From the NCBI GenBank assembly GCA_963615785.1, contig CAVEID010000009.1, positions 11,733-75,732 on the forward strand: 64,000 nucleotides of DNA. Direction: 5' to 3'. This document shows, piece after piece, positions 28,918-37,688 of the stretch. How positions within the stretch are numbered: the first letter of the stretch is position 1; the number at the start of each line of letters is the position of its first letter. The position numbers and the translations under genes were made by a program. The notes beneath the pieces are model-generated. The model did no database searches. It had not been told where the DNA came from and saw only the letters and a list, made by a program, of their open reading frames with translations. This DNA comes from Oxalobacter sp. Lineage in GTDB: Bacteria; Bacillota; Clostridia; Oscillospirales; Ruminococcaceae.

Positions 28918-29727
28918 ATGGCTATCTGCACTCCCAAATCCTTTGACCTGACCGGCAAGGTCGCACTCATTACCGGCGCATCCTACGGCATCGGCATGGC
29001 CATTGCAAAGGCACTGGCCGCAAACGGCGCAACCATCGTGTTCAACGACATCAAGCAGGAACTGGTCGATAAGGGCATCGCTGCCTACGAGGAAGCCGGC
29101 ATCAAGGCTTACGGCTACGTCTGCGATGTGACCGATGAGGACGCTGTCAACGCTATGGTTGCGAAAATCACCGAGGAAGTCGGCCACATCAACATTCTGG
29201 TCAACAATGCGGGCATCATCAAGCGCATCCCCATGACTGAGATGAGCGCAGCACAGTTCCGTCAGGTCATTGATGTGGACCTGAACGCGCCCTTCATTGT
29301 GGCAAAGGCCATCATCCCCGATATGATTGCACAGGGCGGCGGCAAGATCATCAACATCTGCTCCATGATGAGCGAGCTGGGCCGTGAGACCGTCTCCGCT
29401 TACGCTGCTGCAAAGGGCGGCCTGAAGATGCTGACCAAGAACATCGCTTCCGAGTACGGCGCATACAACATCCAGTGCAACGGCATCGGCCCCGGCTACA
29501 TTGCTACCCCGCAGACCGCGCCTCTGCGCGAAGTTCAGCCCGATGGAAGCCGTCATCCCTTCGACCAGTTCATCGTTGCCAAGACCCCCGCAGGCCGTTG
29601 GGGTGAAGCCGAAGATCTGGGTGGCCCTGCCGTGTTCCTTGCATCGGAAGCATCCGATTTCGTCAACGGTCTGATCCTGTACGTTGATGGCGGCATCCTT
29701 GCTTACATCGGCAAGCAGCCCCAGTAA
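28918..29727 (+). CDS. SDR oxidoreductase, gluconate 5-dehydrogenase / 2-keto-3-deoxygluconate oxidoreductase (KduD)-like
   Basis: TGASYGIGMAIA (TGxxxGxG), NNAG, catalytic YAAAKGG (YxxxK), PGYIATP. Confidence 0.75.
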   Translation: MAICTPKSFDLTGKVALITGASYGIGMAIAKALAANGATIVFNDIKQELVDKGIAAYEEAGIKAYGYVCDVTDEDAVNAMVAKITEEVGHINILVNNAGIIKRIPMTEMSAAQFRQVIDVDLNAPFIVAKAIIPDMIAQGGGKIINICSMMSELGRETVSAYAAAKGGLKMLTKNIASEYGAYNIQCNGIGPGYIATPQTAPLREVQPDGSRHPFDQFIVAKTPAGRWGEAEDLGGPAVFLASEASDFVNGLILYVDGGILAYIGKQPQ

Positions 29728-29742
29728 GGAAAGGCATCTGCT

Positions 29743-30564
29743 ATGAAGATTGGCTGCCGTGCCCACGATTATGGCAAACACCCGGCGCAGGAACTGGCAT
29801 TGATTCTGCACAACGCTGGTTATCAGGCTGCACAGGTCGCCGTACCAAAGGCCATTGAAGGCATCAATGATTATCAACATATCTCGCCGGAACAGTTGGA
29901 AACCCTTCGGAGTGGGTTTGCCGCGCACGATGTAGAAATTTCTGTGCTGGGCTGCTATCAGGACTTGAGCGACCCGGACGCAGAAAAACGTGCCGCTGCT
30001 GTGCAGAATGTCTGCCGCGTTCTGGGCTGGCAGCATCTTGCAGGCGGTCGCTGCGTCGGCAGTGAAACTTCCTATCTGCATCTGGATGCAGAGGAACGCG
30101 CTGCACGGCGCGAATGGATGTTCGACAGTGTTCTCCGCATCGTGGAAGCTGCTGCAAAAGCAGACGCCATCTTTGCGGTGGAGCCGGTCTATTGGCACCC
30201 ACTGGACAGCATAGAAGTGGTTCAGCAGCTCATCGACCGCGTAGCCGACCCGGAGCATCTGCACTTCATCTTCGACCCGGCCAATGTGCTGGAAAACCAC
30301 AACATCCCCCATCAGACAAAGCTGTGGAATGACTGGCTTTCTCTGATTGGTTCTCGCATTGATGCGATTCATGTCAAAGATTTCACTTATGGTTCTACGG
30401 GAACTTACGATACTTATGGGCCTTGCCCGCTGGGAAAAGGCTGCATCCAGTATGATGCCATCTCCAAATGGCTGCATCAGCAGAACCGGGACATTCCGCT
30501 CCTTCGGGAAGAAGTGATCCTGAACTGCACCGCAGAGGACATTGCCTTTATGTCAGCCCTCTGA
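29743..30564 (+). CDS. Sugar phosphate isomerase/epimerase (xylose isomerase-like TIM barrel)
   Basis: 273 aa with an alternating beta/alpha pattern. The conserved-looking His/Asp/Glu positions (HD.., FAVEPVY, IHVKD) are typical of the AP_endonuc_2 family. Substrate unknown. Confidence 0.6.
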   Translation: MKIGCRAHDYGKHPAQELALILHNAGYQAAQVAVPKAIEGINDYQHISPEQLETLRSGFAAHDVEISVLGCYQDLSDPDAEKRAAAVQNVCRVLGWQHLAGGRCVGSETSYLHLDAEERAARREWMFDSVLRIVEAAAKADAIFAVEPVYWHPLDSIEVVQQLIDRVADPEHLHFIFDPANVLENHNIPHQTKLWNDWLSLIGSRIDAIHVKDFTYGSTGTYDTYGPCPLGKGCIQYDAISKWLHQQNRDIPLLREEVILNCTAEDIAFMSAL

Positions 30565-30618
30565 ACCCTCATTTCAAACCCATCCGCAATTTGCTTTCTT
30601 CATTTTCTCCTTCATCAT

Positions 30619-30655
30619 GCGCCCTCCCATTTGTGGGAGGGCGTCTTTGTTTTTA
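30619..30655 (+). terminator. Rho-independent terminator
   Basis: Stem CGCCCTCCCA / TGGGAGGGCG, loop TTTG, then TCTTTGTTTTT. Confidence 0.8.
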
Positions 30656-30758
30656 TCCACCTGTGATTCTTGATAGAATGAAAAATTATTGATATAGACG
30701 CTGGGAAAAGCGGCTTCTATAATGGAGCCAGAAAGAACTTCGGAAGGGAGAAACCAGC

Positions 30759-33356
30759 ATGAAAGTACATTGCTTACAAGGACGGACGGCAAGCGGCTTT
30801 GTGACCTTCGGTGGTGTCTGGGAAAGGGGCGAGGTTCCGGCTGCATCGTTCCAGCTGACAGCACCAGACGGCAAACCATTACCGCTGCAGAGCAAGCCCA
30901 TGGCGTTCTGGCCGGATGGCAGCATCAAATGGAGTGCGCATACCACCGATGCCGCACTGATGAAAGAGGGTGCGGAACTTTTGCCCACCCCCAAAGAACA
31001 GCCTGACAGCGGCATCCAGATCATAAAAGGCTCGGATGCCTATACACTGGATACCGGCGTACTCCGGCTGACCGTTCCTCTGGGAGAAAACCTGCGCTGT
31101 GATTTTCTGGCGCAGGATATTTCGGTTTCCGGACGAAAGGCCGCACGCAAGGTCTATCCGGTTTTTCTGCTGGAACGCCGGAACGAAACGGAAGATGTGC
31201 TGGAAACACGGGTGCAGAAGTTCCACGGCGTGGTTCAAAAGGCTGTTCTGGAAGAAGCAGGCCCTTTGCAGGCGACCGTTGCATTTTACGGTGAGAACAC
31301 ACCCGGCGAACGATGCTCCATGCCTTTTGTGATACGGCTCTCGGTCTGGAAGGACAGCGCAGAAATGCGCTTTGTTCACACCTTCCTGTTTGACGGTGTA
31401 GAACAGCGGGATTTCCTCAAAGGAATAGGCATCCGGTTTGAAACAGTGCTTTCCGGCACGGCGTACACCCGCCATGTGCAATATCTGCAAGAGGACAAAG
31501 TGTTCCATGAATGTCCGCAGAATCTGGATTCCCGGTTTCCACATCTTGGGCCGGAAGTCCGTCAGGCACAGCTGAACGACGAGATTTCTGCTGCAAATGC
31601 GTCAGAGGATATGAAACAGGCTGCGCAGGATATTCCCATCTGGCGGCAGTATCATTTGGTGCAGGATAGCGACCGGCATTATGCTATCTTCAAAGCGACC
31701 CATACTGCGTGCTGCCGCATCCGCGCACAGGAGGGTGCAAGGGCACCGGGCGTTATGGCACTGACCGGAGAAAATGGCGGCGTGATGGCAGGCATCCGGG
31801 ATTTCTGGCAGAAATATCCCGGTGGTCTTGCTGCGGATGCGCTGGATCAAGAGAATACGCAGCTGACCTTGTGGTTCTATTCGCCCTTGCAGGAGGCCTA
31901 CGATTTCCGGCACTATGACACCAAAAGCCATCCTATGACCTGCTACGAGGGCTTTGAAGATTTACGCCCCAGTGCCTACGGCATCGGCGTGACCAGTGAA
32001 TGCCGGGTGCAGTTCACGGACAGCCTGCCCTCCGAACAGCAGCTCCGGCAGTTTGCCAATCGATTGCAAAAGCCCCCTGTCGTTGTAGCAGACCCGGCGT
32101 ATTACCACGAAAAACGCGCATTTGGCTATTGGGGGCTTCCGCATCCCGAAACAAAGGCCGGGGAGCAGTTGGAAGCTGCCCTTGACCGGGCGTTCTCGTT
32201 CTATCAGCGCGAGGTGGAAGCACGGCATTGGTACGGCCTGTTCGACTACGGCGATGTAATGCACACCTATGACCCGGTGCGCCATTGCTGGAAGTATGAT
32301 GTTGGCGGCTATGCGTGGCAGAACACCGAACTGGTGCCGACCTACTGGCTGTGGCTCTACTTCCTGCACACCGGGCGTGAGGATGTTTTCAGCCTTGCCG
32401 AAGCCTTGAGCCGGCACGCATCCGAAGTAGACACCTACCATTTCGGCCCGCTCAAGGGGCTTGGTTCCCGCCATAATGTGCGGCACTGGGGCTGCTCCTG
32501 CAAAGAACCGCGTATCGGCATGGCGGGACACCACCGTTTTCTGTTTTATCTGACCGGGGACGCACGACTTGGCGAGGTCATGGAAGACGTGAAAGATGCC
32601 GACGTTTCTATGAGCCAGAACCCGCACAGCATGGAAAAGAGGCCGGACGGCGTTGTTGTTCCCTCTGCCCGCAGCGGGCCGGACTGGTCGAGTTATGTGT
32701 CGAACTGGATGACCCACTATGAGCGGACACTGGATGAAACCTACCGGCGCAAAATTGAGACCGGCATCCGTGACATTGCCGCCACGCCATACGGCTTTGC
32801 ATCCGGGCCGGATTATTACTATGATCCGGAAACCGGGCATCTGATCTACCACGGCGAGATTGAAAACACCCCAAACCAGCATTTGCAGATCTGCATGGGC
32901 GGGCCGCAGATCTGGCTGGAAACTGCCGATTTGCTGGAGGACGATACCTTGAAAACGCTGCTGACCCGGCTGGGAAAGTTCTATTATCTTCCGCCAGAGG
33001 AAAAGACCAGACTGACCCACGGGCAAATTGTGAATCGTCCTTTCAGCTGGCCGATGTTTGCCACGGCAGTTTCGGCATTCAGTGCGGCAAACACCCATGA
33101 TGCGGAACTTGCAAAGAAAACATGGGCTGTTCTGATGGAGAGTGTTCCGCAGAACGCTGGAACAGATGCCTTTACACCCCATTCCTATGTGAACGGTTTT
33201 GCCGCAGATGGCCCGTATCAGGAGATTCCCGGCATCTCGACCAACTGGGTATCGCAATGGTGCCTGAATGCGCTGATGTGTCTGGAATTTATCCCGGATG
33301 CAATGCCGCAGGACGGTTTTATAGAACTGAAGCCACCCGTTTCCTCCAACCAATAA
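30759..33356 (+). CDS. Large (865 aa) uncharacterised cytoplasmic protein; possibly YetA-like / exo-rhamnogalacturonan lyase (PL26)-related
   Basis: RBS GGAAGGGAG. No signal peptide and no recognisable catalytic motif by eye. It is the last gene of the pectin module. The YetA/PL26 link is recollection only. Confidence 0.4.
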   Translation: MKVHCLQGRTASGFVTFGGVWERGEVPAASFQLTAPDGKPLPLQSKPMAFWPDGSIKWSAHTTDAALMKEGAELLPTPKEQPDSGIQIIKGSDAYTLDTGVLRLTVPLGENLRCDFLAQDISVSGRKAARKVYPVFLLERRNETEDVLETRVQKFHGVVQKAVLEEAGPLQATVAFYGENTPGERCSMPFVIRLSVWKDSAEMRFVHTFLFDGVEQRDFLKGIGIRFETVLSGTAYTRHVQYLQEDKVFHECPQNLDSRFPHLGPEVRQAQLNDEISAANASEDMKQAAQDIPIWRQYHLVQDSDRHYAIFKATHTACCRIRAQEGARAPGVMALTGENGGVMAGIRDFWQKYPGGLAADALDQENTQLTLWFYSPLQEAYDFRHYDTKSHPMTCYEGFEDLRPSAYGIGVTSECRVQFTDSLPSEQQLRQFANRLQKPPVVVADPAYYHEKRAFGYWGLPHPETKAGEQLEAALDRAFSFYQREVEARHWYGLFDYGDVMHTYDPVRHCWKYDVGGYAWQNTELVPTYWLWLYFLHTGREDVFSLAEALSRHASEVDTYHFGPLKGLGSRHNVRHWGCSCKEPRIGMAGHHRFLFYLTGDARLGEVMEDVKDADVSMSQNPHSMEKRPDGVVVPSARSGPDWSSYVSNWMTHYERTLDETYRRKIETGIRDIAATPYGFASGPDYYYDPETGHLIYHGEIENTPNQHLQICMGGPQIWLETADLLEDDTLKTLLTRLGKFYYLPPEEKTRLTHGQIVNRPFSWPMFATAVSAFSAANTHDAELAKKTWAVLMESVPQNAGTDAFTPHSYVNGFAADGPYQEIPGISTNWVSQWCLNALMCLEFIPDAMPQDGFIELKPPVSSNQ

Positions 33357-33360
33357 GATG

Positions 33361-33410
33361 AAAAGATCCCATGTCCAGACCAAAATATGGTGTAGGACAT
33401 GGGATTTTTC
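33361..33410. terminator. Bidirectional terminator between convergent genes
   Basis: Stem ATCCCATGTCC / GGACATGGGAT flanked by AAAAG and TTTT. Confidence 0.7.
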
Positions 33411-33435
33411 GTAGATGCACTCGGATAGAAACAGC

Positions 33436-34761
33436 TTATATCAACTGAAACTTTGTCCATTTCTGAGATTTATAACGCCAAATGAAAATTGCACCGCGGA
33501 ATACAAGATCCATACTCATACCGATGGCAACACCGATGACACCCCAGCCGAAATACAGACCAAACAGGGCCGAGAAAAGCAGCCGTGCGCCAATGGTCAA
33601 CGAAATGGAAACTACCATCGTAAAGGTGACATCACCTGCTGCGCGCAGGCCATTGCCTAAGCTCCCGGCAAAAGGATAGGCAAGACCGTTAAAGATATTG
33701 TTGATAAGTACCAGCCAGATGACCAGCGACTTTGCCTCCGGCGAAATGGCCGAATACCGCACGATGAGCGGTGTCAGGGTGAATACAAAGGCGTTCCACA
33801 AAACCGATAGTACCAGCGTGATACGATTCAGCTTTTTGAAATAAAAATTGGCGGCATCAATATCCCGTGCGCCCATACACTGCCCAATGACCGTAGTATA
33901 CACGGGAGCCATTGCCAGCCCCATAATAGACGCTAGCGACCAGATGCTTTGCGCCACACCATTTGCTGCAATTTGGTAGGTGCCGAACAATGCGACCATG
34001 CTGGAAAGGGCTACCTTGACCAATTGATGTACCCCGTTTTCCAGACCGTTTGGCAGCGCAATCCCCATGATTTTCTTCTGTGTACCACCATCCCATGCCA
34101 GAATATCCGGGCCGTGATACTGCACGGCGTTTGTATTCTGAAAGCAGAAAGCGGTAACGGCTACCGCTGAAAGGGTGCGAGAAATGAGCGACGGCCAAGC
34201 CACACCAGCCGCTCCCAGATGCAGTCCGAACACACCCATACAGTTGCCCACCACATTGATGATATTGGTCACAAGGGAGATGTACATGGTTACATTGGTC
34301 TTTCCAATGCTGCGGCAGAGGGCAGCACCGGCATCATAAACCGCCAAGGCTGGAAGCGACAGTGTGGTGATAAACAGATAGGATTCGCAAGCCGCCATGA
34401 CATCCGGCTCGATCTGCCCGAACAGAAGCCGCAGGAGCGGCTTGCGGAAACACAGGATGAGTATGGTCAAGGCCGCTGAAATCAGGCAGGAAATCGTCAG
34501 CAGCTGACCGGCAGCTCTGGACGCCATCTTTTTATCGTCACAGCCGATATACTGGCTGATAATGACAGCACCGCCCGCCGAAAGAGCCGTAAACAGGAAA
34601 ATCATCACCGTGTTAAAGGACGTTACCAGCGATACGCCCGAAACATCCGCTTCGCTGGAAAAGCTGACCACAAAAGTGTCCGCGATTCCCACGAACATCA
34701 GAAGAAACTGTTCAATGAACAGTGGAAAGATCAGATTTCTTAAATCCTTGTTGGAAAACAT
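33436..34761 (-). CDS. MATE family efflux transporter
   Basis: Starts at MFSNKDLRNLIFPLFIEQFLLMFVGIADTFVVS (ATG at 34761, 2 nt after the TetR stop). About 12 TM. The longer listed ORF (to 34887) overlaps the TetR gene. Confidence 0.8.
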   Translation of the reverse strand: MFSNKDLRNLIFPLFIEQFLLMFVGIADTFVVSFSSEADVSGVSLVTSFNTVMIFLFTALSAGGAVIISQYIGCDDKKMASRAAGQLLTISCLISAALTILILCFRKPLLRLLFGQIEPDVMAACESYLFITTLSLPALAVYDAGAALCRSIGKTNVTMYISLVTNIINVVGNCMGVFGLHLGAAGVAWPSLISRTLSAVAVTAFCFQNTNAVQYHGPDILAWDGGTQKKIMGIALPNGLENGVHQLVKVALSSMVALFGTYQIAANGVAQSIWSLASIMGLAMAPVYTTVIGQCMGARDIDAANFYFKKLNRITLVLSVLWNAFVFTLTPLIVRYSAISPEAKSLVIWLVLINNIFNGLAYPFAGSLGNGLRAAGDVTFTMVVSISLTIGARLLFSALFGLYFGWGVIGVAIGMSMDLVFRGAIFIWRYKSQKWTKFQLI

Positions 34762-34763
34762 TT

Positions 34764-35315
34764 TTACGCCTCGTATTCCCTCACAAGAGCTTTCTGGCAG
34801 CGGTTCAGCATCCGCTGAGCCTTGCTCATATCCCAATCGCAGTAGTCTGTCGCAATCATGGAGGCAATGCCGTGCGCCTGCATCCAAAGCTGGTCGTGCA
34901 GTTCATCGGCGGCGGCTCGATCAAGATGGTACTGCTCCATCAGTTCGTCTATGGTACGGTCAATTATGGGCAAAAGCACCTGTTTCATTTCGGCAAATGC
35001 CTGTGACCTCATGAATAAGAACCGGAACAGTTCCGGCTGCTGCCTGGCAAGACAAATATACTCGATGCCGTACAGATGCACCCGTGTTGAACCGCACTCT
35101 TTCTGCATCAGCTCGACAAACTTGTTCACTGCTGTTGGAATCAGTTCTTTGCGCAGTGCATCCATATTGTCAAACGACAGATAAATCGGCTGGGTAGAGC
35201 ATCCCAGTTCTGCGGCAAGGCTTTTTACATTGACAGCTTCCGTTCCGCCTTCCATCAGCACCCGGAGGGCTGCACCAAGGATCATTTCTTTTGTTACCTG
35301 TTTCTTTGCAGGCAT
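34764..35315 (-). CDS. TetR/AcrR family transcriptional regulator
   Basis: N-terminal HTH ILGAALRVLMEGGTEAVNVKSLAAELGCSTQPIYLSFDNMDAL. 183 aa. Operonic with the MATE gene. Confidence 0.85.
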   Translation of the reverse strand: MPAKKQVTKEMILGAALRVLMEGGTEAVNVKSLAAELGCSTQPIYLSFDNMDALRKELIPTAVNKFVELMQKECGSTRVHLYGIEYICLARQQPELFRFLFMRSQAFAEMKQVLLPIIDRTIDELMEQYHLDRAAADELHDQLWMQAHGIASMIATDYCDWDMSKAQRMLNRCQKALVREYEA

Positions 35316-35514
35316 TGTTCTGTCACTTCTTTCAATAAATCAATTTATCAATAACCGCATTTATTTTATTCTTCTGCTGGATTTTGTCAAGAGGTTTGTA
35401 CAGCGTTTACGGTTCCGTACACCAACCTCGCAATCATAGATTCAATAATGTGAATATTAAGTTTGCGCCATATAACCTTTCTGCAATATTTGATAAAATG
35501 CAAACTTATTGAAA

Positions 35515-35543
35515 TTGACGGCGACTGTGGCAGAGTTTATACT
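35515..35543 (+). promoter_or_regulatory. Sigma-A type promoter upstream of the OmpR-like gene
   Basis: TTGACG - 17 nt - TATACT. Confidence 0.5.
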
Positions 35544-35638
35544 TATAAAAGATTATTTATCTAAAAATATTTAGTTTGAAAGGCAGCGAATCTTCTAAAA
35601 CGGCAACATTATCAAAAGAACCCGGAGGTTAAAACTAA

Positions 35639-36262
35639 ATGGCATCTCATGTATTGGGAATTGGCTATACACAAAGTCCGGCCAGCATCGCAAAAATCAG
35701 CATTTGGAAACAGCTTGGACTGGAACTGGACTGTACAGATGATTTTGACCATGCAGCTTGTATGCTCAGCAACAGGAATTATACCTGTGTTGCGGTTTGT
35801 ACAAGGGCTGTTTCAGAGGAACAGATTGAAACGTTGCAGAAAATCCAGATGATTCCAATCATCGTTACTTCTCCTGATATGATTTGTAGCTATGCACAGC
35901 CTACGGAGAGCGAAGTGCGCATTCCTGAAGAATGTCCGTTGCAATGCGAGCACAAATCTACTGTGATCAAGGTCAAAAATCTGCAAATCTGCCTTGAACA
36001 GCGTTCGGTGAGCATTGATGGCGTGGCTATTGATTTGACAGAAAAGGAATTTGATATTCTGGCATTACTTCTGCTGAACCAGAAGCAGGTATTCACGCAT
36101 GAAATGATGATGGATGCCATCTGGCATAACGATTTTGCTTTTTACTCTCGTAATGCACTGTCCAGCCATATCAGCAACCTTAAAAAGAAACTGAAACATT
36201 TCTCGGATGTTGCAGACCAGATCAAGAGCATCCGTGGCATCGGCTATAAGTTTGAACCGTAA
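35639..36262 (+). CDS. Atypical orphan OmpR/PhoB-type winged-helix regulator with degenerate (pseudo-)receiver
   Basis: The C-terminus LTEKEFDILALLLLNQKQVFTHEMMMDAIW....SHISNLKKKL......IKSIRGIGYKF is Trans_reg_C-like. The N-terminal roughly 100 aa lacks the DD..D..K phospho-acceptor pattern. No kinase is adjacent. Confidence 0.65.
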   Translation: MASHVLGIGYTQSPASIAKISIWKQLGLELDCTDDFDHAACMLSNRNYTCVAVCTRAVSEEQIETLQKIQMIPIIVTSPDMICSYAQPTESEVRIPEECPLQCEHKSTVIKVKNLQICLEQRSVSIDGVAIDLTEKEFDILALLLLNQKQVFTHEMMMDAIWHNDFAFYSRNALSSHISNLKKKLKHFSDVADQIKSIRGIGYKFEP

Positions 36263-36373
36263 GGATTTTCTTGAGCAAACCTTATGCAAGACTAAACCGT
36301 ATCGAAAAAGTCATTTGGTATCATCTACCTGAAAATGGGGAGAACTTTTCCCGATTCACATGATGATACGCCA

Positions 36374-36410
36374 AGAGCAGCGAAACGTCATGTTCCGCTG
36401 CTCTTTTTCT
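36374..36410 (+). terminator. Rho-independent terminator after the OmpR-like gene
   Basis: Stem AGAGCAGCG / CGCTGCTCT followed by TTTTCTTTG. Confidence 0.7.
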
Positions 36411-36452
36411 TTGCAAAAAGAAAGACACCCGATGCTCATGGCATCCGATGTC

Positions 36453-36788
36453 TTACTTTGCATGGTTCAGTTCGTCGATTCGCTGACAGATGTCGATCAG
36501 TTTTTCTGATTCGCTCTCTGTCTTTCCGCGAAAGAAGTCATAAACACACTTTGGCACTGCATTCGGCGTTGCCGTTTCCGGGAACACGAGTGCATCCAGA
36601 CTGATGTTCAGTTCCTTTGCCAGAAGAATGACCGTTTCCATTTTTGGATTGCTGCGGCAGATCTCCGCCTGCATGACAGTGCGGTGGCTCATGCCCAGCT
36701 TTTCGGCAAGCTGCTTCTGGGTCAGACCTCTGGCTTCTCGCTCTGCACGAACTTTTGCACCAAACTCATCCAGTGGATTGTTCATCAA
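36453..36788 (-). CDS. XRE family helix-turn-helix transcriptional regulator
   Basis: The HTH_3 pattern is REARGLTQKQLAEKLGMSHRTVMQAE..NPKMETVILLAKELNISLDAL. 111 aa. Confidence 0.8.
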   Translation of the reverse strand: MMNNPLDEFGAKVRAEREARGLTQKQLAEKLGMSHRTVMQAEICRSNPKMETVILLAKELNISLDALVFPETATPNAVPKCVYDFFRGKTESESEKLIDICQRIDELNHAK

Positions 36789-37342
36789 AGCTCACCTCGT
36801 ATTCATTGTAATTCGTCCCGGCAGTTCAATAAATCACCACAAGAGTGACTTGAAGTGATCTCAAGATTACTTGCCGAACACGGGCAACCCGAAAAGAGGT
36901 GATAAAGGTGAAAATCTATATAAATCTGCTATTTAGGTTCTACAAAGAACCGAACAATATTCAAATTAAAAATATCTTATGACGGTAAGCTGCAACTCTT
37001 GAAGTGAGTTGCAGCTTATTTGTTTGTTATCAAAACTCACACAAAAAATATCGAATGCCTGAGATGCATTAAGGGCTGAGGATACTTATACCGCTTTCCA
37101 TTTTCGGATGGAAAACAGTGTCGGTACCCTTTTCTTTGGTGCATCTCTTTTTTTGTTGCCAAGAAAAGCCCGCAGGCTGTCCCGCAGTGAAGTGTCCTCA
37201 ACCTCCGCATCTGGCGGAAAGGACACTTCATGTTTCTTTTTTTATCAGGAGCGGCCGGATGCCGTTTTCGGTCTCCGGTCACTCCTGTTCTTTTACATAT
37301 TTATCCGCCATTCACTTTTTACCGATACGGAGGACTGCTCAA

Positions 37343-37570
37343 ATGGATGAGTTGAATCCTACGGTGCGCGAACAGGAGATCTACGAGGAGATGGAACTGA
37401 CCCCGGAAATGATCAAGTCCATCCGAACCCTCTGTGCGACCTGTCTGCGGCATTTCGTAGAAGCAAAGGCTTTCAAAATCGCTCTCGTGCCGAGCGCAGA
37501 CAAGAGCATGGATGTATGCACCGTCTGCCAGACCCGGCGCGGTCACGATTACGTTGTCATGCACCGCTGA
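37343..37570 (+). CDS. Small (75 aa) cysteine-rich zinc-ribbon-like hypothetical protein
   Basis: ATG at 37343 with RBS ACGGAGGA. Two CxxC pairs are present (CATC ... CTVC). The upstream part of the listed ORF 37118..37570 crosses a terminator hairpin and is unlikely to be coding. Confidence 0.5.
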   Translation: MDELNPTVREQEIYEEMELTPEMIKSIRTLCATCLRHFVEAKAFKIALVPSADKSMDVCTVCQTRRGHDYVVMHR

Positions 37571-37688
37571 TGCCGGTGCTTTATTCCAATCGCCGGGGAG
37601 GTGATGCGTACTATATAAATAAAATCGCTTTCATACTTTAACAGAAGCCCGCTGCCTAGGAGGTACAGCGGGCTTCTTACATATCCAG

